Assembly: GCA_050014195.1 (NCBI GenBank)
Contig: JBEKDT010000003.1
Span: 192,001 to 256,000, forward strand
Direction: 5' to 3'
DNA from: Desulfomonilia bacterium
GTDB taxonomy: Bacteria > Desulfobacterota > Desulfomonilia > UBA1062
Length of the DNA stretch: 64,000 nt
The notes under the pieces are model-generated. The model was not told the origin of the DNA. It did no database searches and saw only the letters and a list, made by a program, of their open reading frames with translations. A program made the position numbers and the translations under genes. Shown here piece by piece: positions 19,695 to 30,736 of the stretch (its first letter is position 1; every line of letters begins with the position of its first letter).

Positions 19695-22643
19695 TCAGAA
19701 ATCCAGACGAGCCTTCCAGGCGGCCTTCAATGTGCCTAAGTCTTCCCGGATGAGGGCAGCCCCTGCTATCGATCTGACGGAAAGAAGTGTATCTGCTGTT
19801 GATTGCCCGATGCAAGCCGCATCCCTGCCGAAGAGCTTTTCTATTTTTTTAGCGTCTCTCGGGCTCACCTCGATAATGATCCTGCTCTGTGACTCGGAAT
19901 ACAGGATCTCCGTATCGTTCATACCGGTCTCGGAGGGGACCTTGCCCAGGTCGACGGCAAGACCGAATCCGCCGGAAAAGGCCATCTCAGCCAGACACAC
20001 GGCAAGCCCGCCGTCCGAGCAGTCATGGGCCGACAGGATGAGGCCCTCTGTTATGGCCCTGTGGAGCGAGCGGTATCGCTTTAAGGCCTTTTTTGCATCC
20101 ACTTCTGGTACGAAAGCGCCTTTTCTCCCGAAGGAAGCAAGATACTCGCTCCCGCCGAGCTCGTTCTTTGTCTTGCCCAGGATGTAGATGAGGCTGCCTT
20201 CGCGCTTGATGTCCATGGTCACGGCCTTCGTGATGTCAGGGATCTTGCCGATGACCGAGATCAGTATGGTAGGCGGTATGGAGATCTTGACGTCTCCGCC
20301 GATGTAATCGTTCTTCATGCTGTCTTTACCCGAGATCATGGGGCAGGAATAGGCAAGGGCATAGTCATAGAGCGCCCTGTTCGCCCTCACGAGCTGGGCG
20401 AGCTTGAATGAGCCGTCTTTGTTCCTTGCACTGACCACCGGGTCGCACCAGCAGAAGTTGTCGAGAAAGGCCCAGTGATCAGGGTTGCCGCCTACGCAGA
20501 TGTAGTTCCTGAGGGCCTCATCCAGGGCACAGGCAGCCATGTGATAGGCATCCAGGTCCGAATACCTGGGGACAATGCCGTTAGATACTACAACGCCCTC
20601 GTTGGAATCCAGCAGGGGCTGTATAACCCCGGCATCAGAAGGTCCGTCGCAGCATACGCCCACCAGGGGTTTGACGACAGAGCCGCCCTGAACCTCATGA
20701 TCGTATTGCCTTACCACGTATTCCTTGGAGCAGATGTTGAGCCTGCCGAGCATCTCCTTGAGCTTGGCTGCGTGGTCGGAAGGCTCCGGCGTCGGGCTTT
20801 TGTCCGCCGAAGGCGGTGTCCAACGGGCTGTAAGCTTCATGGTAGGAAGACCGTTGTGGAGGAAATCCAGGCTCAAGTACGCCACGGTCTTGCCGGCATA
20901 GGTGCAGTGGAAGAACCCTGAATCCGTGAAGGTGCCGATTACCGTGGATTCAACACCCATTTCCTGCGACAGGCCAAGGAAGGCCTGAATGTTCTCTTGG
21001 GGTACGGCCAGTGTCATACGCTCCTGCGCCTCGGAAAGAAGGATCTCCCACGGGCTCAGTCCGAGATATTTCACGAGCGGCTTTTCCAGCTCGATGTGGC
21101 ACCCGCCGCAGGAAGTAGCCATTTCACCCACGGATGAAGACAAGCCTCCCGCCCCGTCATCGGTGATAGCGTGGTAGAGGCCCTTATCACGGGCGACGAG
21201 CAGGAAGTCGGTGAGCTTCTTTTGGGTGATGGGGTCGCCTATCTGTACTGCGGATGTCGGGGACGATTCATGGAGTTCTTCAGAGGAGAATGTTGCACCG
21301 TGGATGCCGTCCTTGCCGATCCTGCCGCCAGACATAACGATTGAATCGCCGGGGATGATCTTTTTGATGTGGGATGGCTCTCCATTGATGATGGCGGGCA
21401 TGATGCCGGCTGTGCCGCAATAGACAAGGGGTTTCCCGAGATAGCGCTCGTCAAACACGATGCAGCCGTTGACTGTCGGGATTCCGGACTTGTTGCCGCC
21501 GTGCTCGACACCTTCCCTTACGCCCTCAAATATCCTCAAGGGGTGAAGGATTTTGGGCGGCAGCTTGCCCGTGTGGAACGGGCTTGCGAAGCAAAATACA
21601 TCCGTGTTGAAGATGAGCTTGGAGCCCATGCCAGTGCCGAAGGGGTCGCGGTTGACGCCCACGATGCCGGTGAGCGCACCGCCGTACGGGTCAAGGGCAG
21701 AGGGGGAGTTGTGGGTCTCCACCTTGAAGACCAGATTATGATTATCATTGAACCTTATAACGCCTGCATTGTCGGAGAAGACACTCACGCATATGTCATT
21801 TTTCCCGGCGGCCTTGCGGATTTTCGATGTGGCGCCCTTGATATAGGTTGAGAATAATGAAAAGATCTCTTCCGATTTTCCGTCTTCCTCGTAGGTTATA
21901 TGTGCATTGAAGATCTTGTGCTTGCAGTGCTCGGACCAGGTCTGGGCCAGACACTCGAGCTCCACGTCCGTTATCTTTTCGCCGAGTCCAAAAGCAGATC
22001 GCCTTTGCAGTGTCTCAGGGTCTTTCATATACCCTATAATTGTCTTCATCTCATTAAGGTTCAACGCCAGGGTCCGTTCCTGGGACAGCCGCAGCAGGGC
22101 ATCATCAGTAAGGTCCAGGGACAACTCTTCCACCACCGGCTCATGGAGCCCTGTAACCGTGGGGATAGAAGGTTCGATGGTCCCGCACTCGGGGTAACGC
22201 AGGACTTTAAGGGTATGGATGAGCGGGTTGGCCAGGCATTCATCTGCAATTGCCTGCGCGGTGTCTCTCTCAAGGTCGCCCTGAAGGAGGTACCCCCGTG
22301 CGGAATAGACATTTACGGTGCTGCCGGAGATGAGCTCCAGGGCGTACCTCGCACTGTGCCCCACGTTGTCGGTGACCCCCGGCTTGAACCCGACCTCGAT
22401 ATACCAGCCGCTCTCTGTTCGCAACAGAGTGCCTATGGCGATATCTTGGATGACCGGGTCACAGAAGGCCTCTTCAATCCATTCTCTTTTCAGGTCCTCT
22501 GCGGCGATATGATAGATATCAAAACAAAAGATTTGTCCGAGAGTCGTTAATTGTGGAAAGGCATGGAGGATCTGCCTTTTTACCCGTGCTCCCCGGGCAT
22601 CAAAGAGGTGCGGCTTGAGCCCGACCTCAACCCGCAAACCCAT
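19695..22643 (-). CDS. purL: Phosphoribosylformylglycinamidine synthase synthetase subunit with N-terminal PurS-like domains
   Basis: QTWSEHCKHKIF, KVETHNSPS, DDGAGG, LSEAQERM, QYDHEV, HDCSDGG; N-terminal KPGVTD/LANP PurS-like repeats. Confidence 0.95.
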   Translation of the reverse strand: MGLRVEVGLKPHLFDARGARVKRQILHAFPQLTTLGQIFCFDIYHIAAEDLKREWIEEAFCDPVIQDIAIGTLLRTESGWYIEVGFKPGVTDNVGHSARYALELISGSTVNVYSARGYLLQGDLERDTAQAIADECLANPLIHTLKVLRYPECGTIEPSIPTVTGLHEPVVEELSLDLTDDALLRLSQERTLALNLNEMKTIIGYMKDPETLQRRSAFGLGEKITDVELECLAQTWSEHCKHKIFNAHITYEEDGKSEEIFSLFSTYIKGATSKIRKAAGKNDICVSVFSDNAGVIRFNDNHNLVFKVETHNSPSALDPYGGALTGIVGVNRDPFGTGMGSKLIFNTDVFCFASPFHTGKLPPKILHPLRIFEGVREGVEHGGNKSGIPTVNGCIVFDERYLGKPLVYCGTAGIMPAIINGEPSHIKKIIPGDSIVMSGGRIGKDGIHGATFSSEELHESSPTSAVQIGDPITQKKLTDFLLVARDKGLYHAITDDGAGGLSSSVGEMATSCGGCHIELEKPLVKYLGLSPWEILLSEAQERMTLAVPQENIQAFLGLSQEMGVESTVIGTFTDSGFFHCTYAGKTVAYLSLDFLHNGLPTMKLTARWTPPSADKSPTPEPSDHAAKLKEMLGRLNICSKEYVVRQYDHEVQGGSVVKPLVGVCCDGPSDAGVIQPLLDSNEGVVVSNGIVPRYSDLDAYHMAACALDEALRNYICVGGNPDHWAFLDNFCWCDPVVSARNKDGSFKLAQLVRANRALYDYALAYSCPMISGKDSMKNDYIGGDVKISIPPTILISVIGKIPDITKAVTMDIKREGSLIYILGKTKNELGGSEYLASFGRKGAFVPEVDAKKALKRYRSLHRAITEGLILSAHDCSDGGLAVCLAEMAFSGGFGLAVDLGKVPSETGMNDTEILYSESQSRIIIEVSPRDAKKIEKLFGRDAACIGQSTADTLLSVRSIAGAALIREDLGTLKAAWKARLDF

Positions 22644-22647
22644 GGAA

Positions 22648-23037
22648 TTAGCCTTTTTCCTCTACATACAGAGGGGCAGCGGGCCCTTCAAGGCTTTCCC
22701 TTTCCGATTTGCATTTCACGCACAGTGTTGCAAAGGGCATGGCCTTGAGTCTTCCGGCAGGGATATTTTCGCCGCAGTCCTCGCAGAACCCATATTCACC
22801 ATGCTCCATCCGGGTAAGGGCGCTCTCTATTTGGTCCAACTTCTGCCGTTCACGGGTGCCGAGCAGGAGGTTGAACTCCCTTGTCTGCTCGAGGTCGGCG
22901 TCGTCAAAGATATCGCCGATCTCACGCTGGGCTGTAATATCATTGGATTTGATTCTCTCAGCAAGGGTCTTTAGGATGTCCTTCTTCATCTGGAGAAGGA
23001 TCTCTTTGATCTCGAGAAGCTCATTTTTTCTTAACAT
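22648..23037 (-). CDS. dksA: DksA/TraR C4 zinc-finger protein
   Basis: DIFDDA (DxxDxA) coiled-coil tip, YGFCEDCG...RLKAMP...CVKC. Confidence 0.85.
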   Translation of the reverse strand: MLRKNELLEIKEILLQMKKDILKTLAERIKSNDITAQREIGDIFDDADLEQTREFNLLLGTRERQKLDQIESALTRMEHGEYGFCEDCGENIPAGRLKAMPFATLCVKCKSERESLEGPAAPLYVEEKG

Positions 23038-23105
23038 CCTGTCCTCCACTGAAAATTTAAAAGTAGGCTACTTATACTTATTACATCCGCTCTGTCAACC
23101 ATCAA

Positions 23106-24314
23106 TTAAAAGAAATATCCCCCTTGGAAGATCTCGCATTCTACAAATGATCCTTGTTCCAGAGATGCAGCCATTTTGGGCAAGACAATGAAGCAGTTGC
23201 CTCTTGCCATGGAGGTGAGGATGCCCGAGCCCTGGGGGCCTGTGGGGCTGACCACAAGATCATCGCCTATGCGCTCCAGAATACCCCTTAGGTAATGGGG
23301 CCTGTCGCCCTTGTTCTCCAGGGCCTCCTTGATCCGGGCGCGTACCCGGGGTAAGAGGATGTCATGACTGCCTTGCATCTTGAGGATGGCAGGCCTTGCA
23401 AATTGATAGAACGAGGTCATGGCGGACACAGGATTCCCGGGAAGGCCGATGGCGGGGACACCGCACAGGGACCCAAATGCCAATGGCTTACCGGGCTTCA
23501 TGTCTACAGTCCAGAATTCAAGGGCATTGCCTTCTTCGTGCATGATAGTCCTCACCAGGTCAAAATCCCCCATGGAGACCCCGCCGGAGGTAAGGATCAG
23601 ATCAGCCTTATGCGCCGAGGCAAGTTTTGCGTTAAGGTCCGCCTTGTTGTCCTTGGCTATGCCCAGATAGAGAGGTATGGCGCCTACTGCCTTGATGAGG
23701 CCTATCAAGGTATAGGAGTTTGAAGATATGATTGCCTGCGGGAAAGCTTCCTCACCGAGTTCTATAATTTCATCACCGGTGGCCAGTACAGCCACCACAG
23801 GTCTCTGGTAGACCTGCACCATGGGTCGCCTTATGGATGCCAGTACCCCGATCTGTGCGGGTCCAAGGAGCGAGCCTTTGGTAATGACGATCTGGCCCTC
23901 CCCGATGTCCTCCCCTTTGAAGCGGATGTTTTCTCGTTTTTGGGGCACCTTGTTGATCTTGACTCGTTGCCCATCCTCGTCGGTTTCCTCTCGCTTGACC
24001 ACTGCATCTGCGCCCTCAGGGATAATCGCGCCGGTCATGATTTTGACGGCATGACCCTTGATCATGGGTTGGCTGGGCAGTACACCGGCGGGCAGGATGG
24101 AATCGATCACCAGAGTTGTCCCAACCGAGGGCACATCTTCAGTGCGGATCGCATATCCGTCCATAGCGGAATTATCACAAGGGGGGATAGCACGTGTTGA
24201 GGTAATGTCCTCGGCAAGGTATCTTCCCAAAGAGTTTTCCAGTGAGACCCGTTCAGGAGGCAGGACCGGAATCTTTGTGAGGATAGTCTCTCTCGCTTTT
24301 TCAACGCTCAGCAT
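23106..24314 (-). CDS. moeA: Molybdopterin molybdenumtransferase
   Basis: NSAMDGYA, IMTGA, TGDE, TSGGVSMGDFD, KPGKP, LPGNPVS. Confidence 0.95.
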   Translation of the reverse strand: MLSVEKARETILTKIPVLPPERVSLENSLGRYLAEDITSTRAIPPCDNSAMDGYAIRTEDVPSVGTTLVIDSILPAGVLPSQPMIKGHAVKIMTGAIIPEGADAVVKREETDEDGQRVKINKVPQKRENIRFKGEDIGEGQIVITKGSLLGPAQIGVLASIRRPMVQVYQRPVVAVLATGDEIIELGEEAFPQAIISSNSYTLIGLIKAVGAIPLYLGIAKDNKADLNAKLASAHKADLILTSGGVSMGDFDLVRTIMHEEGNALEFWTVDMKPGKPLAFGSLCGVPAIGLPGNPVSAMTSFYQFARPAILKMQGSHDILLPRVRARIKEALENKGDRPHYLRGILERIGDDLVVSPTGPQGSGILTSMARGNCFIVLPKMAASLEQGSFVECEIFQGGYFF

Positions 24315-24490
24315 GAACCCACCATAATACAATCGAAGATTATTTGGAGCGGCTTTAGCCGCAAAACTAAACAGTACCCACGAAAAAAATGTACACACTA
24401 TGCCGCGCCCGGTGTCTTTAAAGAAATGTATCCTAATTTAATGCCTTGATCCAAGTCAAGATTCGATTCCGTATTGTCGATAGAGCCGTT

Positions 24491-25924
24491 ATGGAACTCA
24501 GGGATATCCTTGCGCCCCTGGATATTGAGATCAAGAAGGTTTCGATCCTTGGAGGCAGCATGGCAATTGTAGTGATCCCGCGTGAACACGCGGATATGGC
24601 GTTGCGGGCAAAGCGGGAGATGGACACCGCACTCACCTATGGAGATTATCTTATCCTCGGTATTTTTGGCATGGGTGCGGATGAGGCCTCGGCCCAGTTC
24701 CTCTCTATCCCAAAGGGTATTGCCGTATATCCTCATGAAGGCGCTGATATTCAGACCCTGTTCTTCGAGGCGGTAGAACGGTTCAACACAAGCAAAGGGA
24801 ACTCCCCCTGGGTCAAAAGTCTGTGGGAGAGTATCAGAGAGACAGCCGCATTCGAAAAAGATGGAGATGGAGAGGCGAAGTTCCTTGGCAATGCATTCTA
24901 TCAATTCTATGCATTCATGGCATCTAGGCCCCAGGAGGTCGGCCAGGTTCTTGCTCAGATAAGCCAGGCCGACCGGCACTGGATCGAGGACCTCCTCCCC
25001 TTCGGTGTTGTATCGACACTTCAACCAAATGGAATCGCCAAAGATAGTGATATCGAACTGCTCATGCAGCAGTGGGGTTATCAAGAAAGGCTCGAGAAAA
25101 AGCGGGATATCGGAAAATTGACATTGCGGAAATTTCGCCATGTAGAGAACCTCTTTACCCTGCCTTCTATCTCCAGGGAGATCATCGAGCTTGCCGGAGA
25201 TCCGATGGCCGCAGCATCCAGGATGGCAAAGATCATTGAGAAGGACCCGGTGCTCACATCCCGCCTGCTTAAGGTGGTGAATTCGGCCTTTTATGGGTTT
25301 CGGCGGCAGATCGTATCCGTGGAAAACGCAGTAGTGATCCTGGGCAACGACGAGGTCGTCAATCTCGCATTTTCCATTGCCATACACCAGGTCATGGAGC
25401 GGATTGCTCCGAAAAAGGCAAGGCTCCTCTGGGAGCATTCTCTCATGGTGGCCCACCTGGCCCATTGGCTTGGCATTCTGTTGGGCTGTAGTGCGGGTAG
25501 TGCCTTGTATACGCTGGGACTCCTCCATGATTTCGGCAAGATCATTTTTCTTCAGCGGGGATACTGCCTGGGTGACCTGTCGGTCTTGTCTGGTCTTGAT
25601 GACCTGGCAAATGAGGAGATTGAAACAGGCCTTTCCCATGCAGAGATGGGGGCATATGTGGCTGAGAGGTGGAACCTCCCCGAAGACATTGTGGATGGCC
25701 TGTTAAACCACCACCTGCCCGGTAAGGCAAAGGATATCTGCCTGGCCGTGACGGCCCATCTCGCGGATATCATCGCGCATAAGCGAACAATAGCGCTGGA
25801 TGAGGTAAATACCGCTGCTGCACGGATCCTCACGCCTGACAAGCTGGCGCTGCTGAGTGAAGATGTTGTTGCCAAGCGGTATGAGGATATGGAATTGAGG
25901 GTAAAGGCCCTTCTCGATATGTAG
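24491..25924 (+). CDS. HDOD-domain protein with uncharacterised N-terminal domain
   Basis: LPS, DPVLTSRLLKVVNSAFYG, WEHS, GLLHDFGK, HAEMGAYVAERWNLP, HH. Confidence 0.88.
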   Translation: MELRDILAPLDIEIKKVSILGGSMAIVVIPREHADMALRAKREMDTALTYGDYLILGIFGMGADEASAQFLSIPKGIAVYPHEGADIQTLFFEAVERFNTSKGNSPWVKSLWESIRETAAFEKDGDGEAKFLGNAFYQFYAFMASRPQEVGQVLAQISQADRHWIEDLLPFGVVSTLQPNGIAKDSDIELLMQQWGYQERLEKKRDIGKLTLRKFRHVENLFTLPSISREIIELAGDPMAAASRMAKIIEKDPVLTSRLLKVVNSAFYGFRRQIVSVENAVVILGNDEVVNLAFSIAIHQVMERIAPKKARLLWEHSLMVAHLAHWLGILLGCSAGSALYTLGLLHDFGKIIFLQRGYCLGDLSVLSGLDDLANEEIETGLSHAEMGAYVAERWNLPEDIVDGLLNHHLPGKAKDICLAVTAHLADIIAHKRTIALDEVNTAAARILTPDKLALLSEDVVAKRYEDMELRVKALLDM

Positions 25925-25926
25925 CC

Positions 25927-27159
25927 ATGGAACGGGATATCGTATCCATCCTGAAAGAGCGCATTGTATCCCTTGAAGAGGGTTACGAGCAAAAGATTGC
26001 GGAGCTCTCCCTTCTCAAAGAGCTCGGGGAGGCCCTCAAGGGGACAAGCCTCTCCCATTGGAACCAGCTCTTCTTACGGCAGCTCGATATCATCAAACAG
26101 GCCACCGGTATATACAGCATCTCGGTCATGCTCATAGACGAGCAGACCCAGACCCTGCATGTCGTGAGCGCTTCATTGATGAAGAACACACCCAATAGAG
26201 CGCCCATCCTGCTCAAAAGGGGCGAAGGGATTGCCGGCAAGGTAGTGGAGACAGGCAAGACCTTTTATATCCCTGATGTGACAAAGGACACCAACTTCTC
26301 CAACAGGGGAACAAATCAGGAAGGGTCGCTGGCATGTGTTCCCATCATTGCGGAAGGACGCTGTATCGGGGTTATCAATTTCAGAGACAACATGCCCGGG
26401 ATCTTTGGGGCCAATGACCTCAGGTTCTTCGAGCTCATCGCAGATCAGCTTTCCATTACCGCATCGCTTGTGCGGACATACCAGGACCTCCTTACCCTGG
26501 AAAAAAAACGGATGAATCTGAGCAGGTACTTCTCTCGAGGGCTGGCCGAGCACCTTGTAGCCGATGACCGCATGACTGGTCTCGGTGGGCAAAGGAAAAT
26601 CGTGACCGTTGTGTTTGCCGACATCACCTCCTTCACAACACTCCTTGACAGCAACCCGGTGGAGCAGGTGGTTGAGGTGCTTAACAGGTTTTTTGAGACA
26701 GTTGTCCCGGTCATTTTTAAACATGGGGGCATGCTCGACAAGTTTCTGGGTGACGGCGTTATGGCGGTCTTTGGTATCCCGGATGAGACGGACACGGACC
26801 CGGTAAAGGCGATTCAGTGTGCCGTGGATATCCAGAAAGGCGTAATGGAGCTTAAAGATAAGCTTGTGAATGATGGGCTCTTTGCCATTGAGGTGGGTAT
26901 CGGGATTGCCACCGGGTTAGTGGTAGCCGGGAATATCGGGTCGGCCGAGCAGATGAACTTTACGGTCATCGGCGAGCCTGTGAACCTTGCGCAGCGGCTC
27001 GAGACCATCAGCTCTCCGGGAGAGATCATCGTCAGCAGCCTCACCACCGACGTGATGCCCAAGCATGTTGATGAAAAATTCTGCTTCGAGCCCATGGGAT
27101 GTATTCAGGTAAAAGGCATCCAACGTGCAATCAATGCCTTGAAAGTAATATACAAATAA
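25927..27159 (+). CDS. GAF-domain class III adenylate cyclase
   Basis: GEGIAGKV GAF motif; FADITSFT, DKFLGDGVMAVFG, FTVIGEPVNLAQRLE (Lys/Thr specificity pair suggests ATP). Confidence 0.92.
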   Translation: MERDIVSILKERIVSLEEGYEQKIAELSLLKELGEALKGTSLSHWNQLFLRQLDIIKQATGIYSISVMLIDEQTQTLHVVSASLMKNTPNRAPILLKRGEGIAGKVVETGKTFYIPDVTKDTNFSNRGTNQEGSLACVPIIAEGRCIGVINFRDNMPGIFGANDLRFFELIADQLSITASLVRTYQDLLTLEKKRMNLSRYFSRGLAEHLVADDRMTGLGGQRKIVTVVFADITSFTTLLDSNPVEQVVEVLNRFFETVVPVIFKHGGMLDKFLGDGVMAVFGIPDETDTDPVKAIQCAVDIQKGVMELKDKLVNDGLFAIEVGIGIATGLVVAGNIGSAEQMNFTVIGEPVNLAQRLETISSPGEIIVSSLTTDVMPKHVDEKFCFEPMGCIQVKGIQRAINALKVIYK

Positions 27160-27308
27160 ATTTGTGTGGAGGGAACACAAGACCGGGCCCCTTTTGCGCT
27201 TGACTTTGTAATTTGTTTCATTTAGTCCATGTCATACCGATTAATCAGTTTCGTGGGCCCTCACACAGTAACACCCCACATCAGCTCATAAAGCCGAAAG
27301 GATTTTAT

Positions 27309-28556
27309 ATGCACTTAGAAGATTTAAAAAAAATGGACCCCAAGGATCTTCTCGAGACTGCGAACTCGCTGGAGATCGAGGGTTCAGCCACCATGAACAA
27401 GCAGGAGCTTATCTTTGCTATCCTCCAGGCCCAGGCCGAAAAAGATGTCTCCATCTCAGGCCAAGGGGTATTGGAGATCCTGCCCGACGGGTTCGGCTTC
27501 CTGCGTTCCGCCGACTACAGCTACCTGCCAGGCCCGGATGATATCTACGTCTCGCCTTCCCAGATCAGGAGGTTCAATCTCAAGAACGGCGATGAGGTGA
27601 GGGGCCAGATCAGGCCACCCAAGGACAACGAGCGGTATTTCGCCCTGTTGAAGCTGGAGACCATCAGCAATGAGGACCCGGAGGCAGCCAAGCACCGGGT
27701 GTCCTTTGACAACCTTACCCCGCTGTATCCCCTGAAGAAGTTCAAGCTCGAGACCGGGCCGGATAATCTCACCGGGCGTGTGCTCGATCTGCTTGTTCCT
27801 ATCGGCAAGGGGCAGAGGGGCATGATCGTCTCCCCGCCCAAGGCAGGCAAGACCATGATGCTCCAGAGTGTTGCCAACAGCATAACGAAAAACCATCCCG
27901 ACGTGGCATTGATGGTGCTCCTCATCGATGAGAGGCCTGAAGAGGTTACCGACATGCAGCGTTCCGTCAACGGAGAGGTCGTTGCATCCACCTTTGACGA
28001 GCCGGCTGCAAGGCACGTGCAAGTGGCCCGCATGGTCATGGAGAAGGCCAAGCGTCTTGTTGAATATAAGAAGGATGTAGTGATCCTTCTGGATTCGCTC
28101 ACCAGGCTTGCCAGGGCACACAACACGGTTTGCCCCCCATCGGGCAAGCTGCTCTCGGGCGGTATTGATGCCAATGCCCTGCAAAAGCCGAAGAGGTTTT
28201 TCGGCTCGGCCCGTAACATAGAGGAGGGCGGCAGCATCACCATCATCGCTACAGCCCTGGTCGATACGGGCTCCCGAATGGATGAGGTCATCTACGAAGA
28301 ATTCAAGGGCACAGGCAACCAGGAGATCCACCTTGACCGGTCAATCATGGAGAGAAGGGTCTTCCCGGCCATAGACATATCGAAATCCGGCACACGCAAA
28401 GAGGAGCTCCTGCTGCCCAAGGAGCAGCTGGATCGGATCTGGATCCTGCGGAAGCTCCTGAGCCCGCTCAATCCCATCGACAGCATAGAATTTTTGCTGG
28501 ACAAATTATCTAAGACGCGTGATAATGCCGAATTTATGGATTCCATGAATAAATAG
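27309..28556 (+). CDS. rho: Transcription termination factor Rho
   Basis: [45 protein letters not shown]. Confidence 0.98.
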   Translation: MHLEDLKKMDPKDLLETANSLEIEGSATMNKQELIFAILQAQAEKDVSISGQGVLEILPDGFGFLRSADYSYLPGPDDIYVSPSQIRRFNLKNGDEVRGQIRPPKDNERYFALLKLETISNEDPEAAKHRVSFDNLTPLYPLKKFKLETGPDNLTGRVLDLLVPIGKGQRGMIVSPPKAGKTMMLQSVANSITKNHPDVALMVLLIDERPEEVTDMQRSVNGEVVASTFDEPAARHVQVARMVMEKAKRLVEYKKDVVILLDSLTRLARAHNTVCPPSGKLLSGGIDANALQKPKRFFGSARNIEEGGSITIIATALVDTGSRMDEVIYEEFKGTGNQEIHLDRSIMERRVFPAIDISKSGTRKEELLLPKEQLDRIWILRKLLSPLNPIDSIEFLLDKLSKTRDNAEFMDSMNK

Positions 28557-28567
28557 GAGTAGATACG

Positions 28568-28798
28568 ATGAAGAAAGGCATACACCCAGATTACTTCGAG
28601 ACAACGGTCACCTGCGGGTGCGGGAATACCTTCACCACACGCTCTACCAAGAAGGATATCCGCGTTGAAATCTGCAGCGCCTGCCACCCCTTCTATACAG
28701 GCCAGCAGAGGCTCACCTCTACAGCCGGCAAGGCCGAGCTGTTCAAGAGGAAGTACGGCGAGTACCTGAAAAAGGACAAGCAAGGTAAAAGCAAGTAA
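28568..28798 (+). CDS. rpmE: 50S ribosomal protein L31 (zinc-binding type)
   Basis: [21 protein letters not shown]. Confidence 0.97.
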   Translation: MKKGIHPDYFETTVTCGCGNTFTTRSTKKDIRVEICSACHPFYTGQQRLTSTAGKAELFKRKYGEYLKKDKQGKSK

Positions 28799-28813
28799 CC
28801 TTCGTAAAACGAC

Positions 28814-29881
28814 ATGCTCGACAAACTGAAGGAGATTGAGGAACGCTACCAGAAGCTCTCTGATCTCCTCGCCGATGAGAAAATCCTTGCGGATCACACC
28901 CAGTATACCGCCATTGCCAAGGAACAGGCATCTCTCGAGGAGATCATGGCCCCTTACCGGCGCCTCAAGCATATAGCGGCTGATATCGCCGAACACGAGA
29001 CCATGCTCGAGGACCCTGACCCTGATATCAGGAACCTCGTGAAGGATGAGCTCGAGGCATTGCAGGCCGAAATGGGGCGCCTCGAACAGCAGATTAAGGC
29101 CCTCTTCATACCCAAGGATCCCAATGACGGCAGGGACGTCATCCTCGAGATCAGGGCAGGCACGGGCGGAGAAGAGGCCGCACTTTTTGCTTCTGATCTC
29201 TTCCGGATGTATTCCCGTTATGCCGAAGAAAGGCGGTGGGCCATTGAGGTTCTCTCCATCAATGAGACCGGTATCGGAGGTATCAAGGAGGTCATCGCAG
29301 GCATTAAGGGCAAGGGCGCCTACTCACGGCTCAAGTATGAGAGCGGCGTTCACCGGGTTCAGCGGGTCCCGGCCACTGAGGCGAGCGGGAGGATACACAC
29401 CTCGGCGGTCACGGTTGCCGTGCTGCCGGAGGCCGAGGAGGTGGATGTGGATATTGACCCGAACGACCTGAGGATCGATACATTTCGGGCTTCCGGTGCA
29501 GGCGGCCAGCATGTGAATAAGACCGAGTCCGCGATTCGCATCACCCATATCCCCACCGGGATCGTGGTTTCCTGTCAGGATGAGAAGTCCCAACACAAGA
29601 ACAAGGCGAAGGCTTTAAGGGTGATACGTACCCGTATCCTGCAGAAGAGGCAGGAAGACCAGGATCGCCAGATCGCATCCCAAAGACGCTCTCAGGTGGG
29701 TACCGGTGACAGGAGCGAGCGCATCCGCACCTATAACTTTCCCCAAGGCCGTGTCACGGACCACCGGATCAACCTCACCGTGCATAGGCTGCCCCAGATC
29801 CTCGAGGGGGATATCGACGAGCTTATCGACGAGCTCACCACCCATTATCAGGACGAGGCGCTCAAGAAGACCGGGAGCTGA
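28814..29881 (+). CDS. prfA: Peptide chain release factor 1
   Basis: [11 protein letters not shown] specificity motif, [15 protein letters not shown]. Confidence 0.97.
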   Translation: MLDKLKEIEERYQKLSDLLADEKILADHTQYTAIAKEQASLEEIMAPYRRLKHIAADIAEHETMLEDPDPDIRNLVKDELEALQAEMGRLEQQIKALFIPKDPNDGRDVILEIRAGTGGEEAALFASDLFRMYSRYAEERRWAIEVLSINETGIGGIKEVIAGIKGKGAYSRLKYESGVHRVQRVPATEASGRIHTSAVTVAVLPEAEEVDVDIDPNDLRIDTFRASGAGGQHVNKTESAIRITHIPTGIVVSCQDEKSQHKNKAKALRVIRTRILQKRQEDQDRQIASQRRSQVGTGDRSERIRTYNFPQGRVTDHRINLTVHRLPQILEGDIDELIDELTTHYQDEALKKTGS

Positions 29882-29884
29882 GGA

Positions 29885-30736
29885 GTGGACGCCGCCATCT
29901 CCAAAGCGCTCGGGCGTGCCAGAGCCCTTCTCGCAGCGAAGCACATAGACTCTGCCGTTATCGATGCCGACCTGCTCCTTTCACATGTTCTCCACCTCAA
30001 AAGGATCGACCTCATTATCCAGAGGGACCGCATCTTAAGCCCTGAAGAACTTGATTCCTTCAACACCCTGATCGGGCGCAGGCTCAAGCGCGAGCCCGTT
30101 GCCTATATCATAGGAGAAAAGGAGTTCTTCGGCAGGCAGTTCAAGGTGAACCCCCACGTGCTTATCCCCAGACCCGAGACCGAGCTCCTGGTGGAGCAGG
30201 CAATCGCACTGGCTCCCAAAGGATCAACGATCTTCGAGATCGGGGTGGGTTCTGGTGCGGTAAGTATATCGATCCTTTGTGAGAGGGCCGACCTGAAAGG
30301 CTTCGGCAATGACATCAGTATGCCTTCCCTCGCAACTTCGCGAGCCAATGCCGGGGCGCATGGTGTCTCGGACAGACTCCGCCTCTTTGCAGGGAATGTC
30401 ATGGCAGGCTTACGGGTATTATGGCCTTTGATCATTGCTAATCCGCCGTATATCCCCTTGGCCGATGAGACCGACCTTGATGATGATGTCAGACGCTATG
30501 AGCCCAGGGCTGCCCTTTTCGGTGGAAAAGACGGGCTTGATATTGTAAAAGAGATCATCAAAGGGCTAAAAGGACATCTCGCCCCGGGAGGCACTCTCCT
30601 CATGGAGGCGGGCATCGGCCAGAAAGACGCCATCGACACCTTGGTGAGCAGCATTGATGTTTTGCACGTAAAAACCTGGGTGAGCGATCTTGCAGGGATA
30701 GAAAGGGTCGTGATCATAGAGAGGGTTCATGGATAA
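29885..30736 (+). CDS. prmC: Release factor glutamine methyltransferase
   Basis: EPVAYI, LIPRPETE, GVGSG, NPPY; follows prfA. Confidence 0.95.
   Translation: MDAAISKALGRARALLAAKHIDSAVIDADLLLSHVLHLKRIDLIIQRDRILSPEELDSFNTLIGRRLKREPVAYIIGEKEFFGRQFKVNPHVLIPRPETELLVEQAIALAPKGSTIFEIGVGSGAVSISILCERADLKGFGNDISMPSLATSRANAGAHGVSDRLRLFAGNVMAGLRVLWPLIIANPPYIPLADETDLDDDVRRYEPRAALFGGKDGLDIVKEIIKGLKGHLAPGGTLLMEAGIGQKDAIDTLVSSIDVLHVKTWVSDLAGIERVVIIERVHG

Noticed and set aside
24398-25639. 413-aa ORF antisense to the HDOD gene
   Set aside because: The + strand ORF has clear HDOD motifs; the antisense product has none
27456-28996. Long ORFs antisense to rho, rpmE and prfA
   Set aside because: Shadow ORFs of highly biased housekeeping genes
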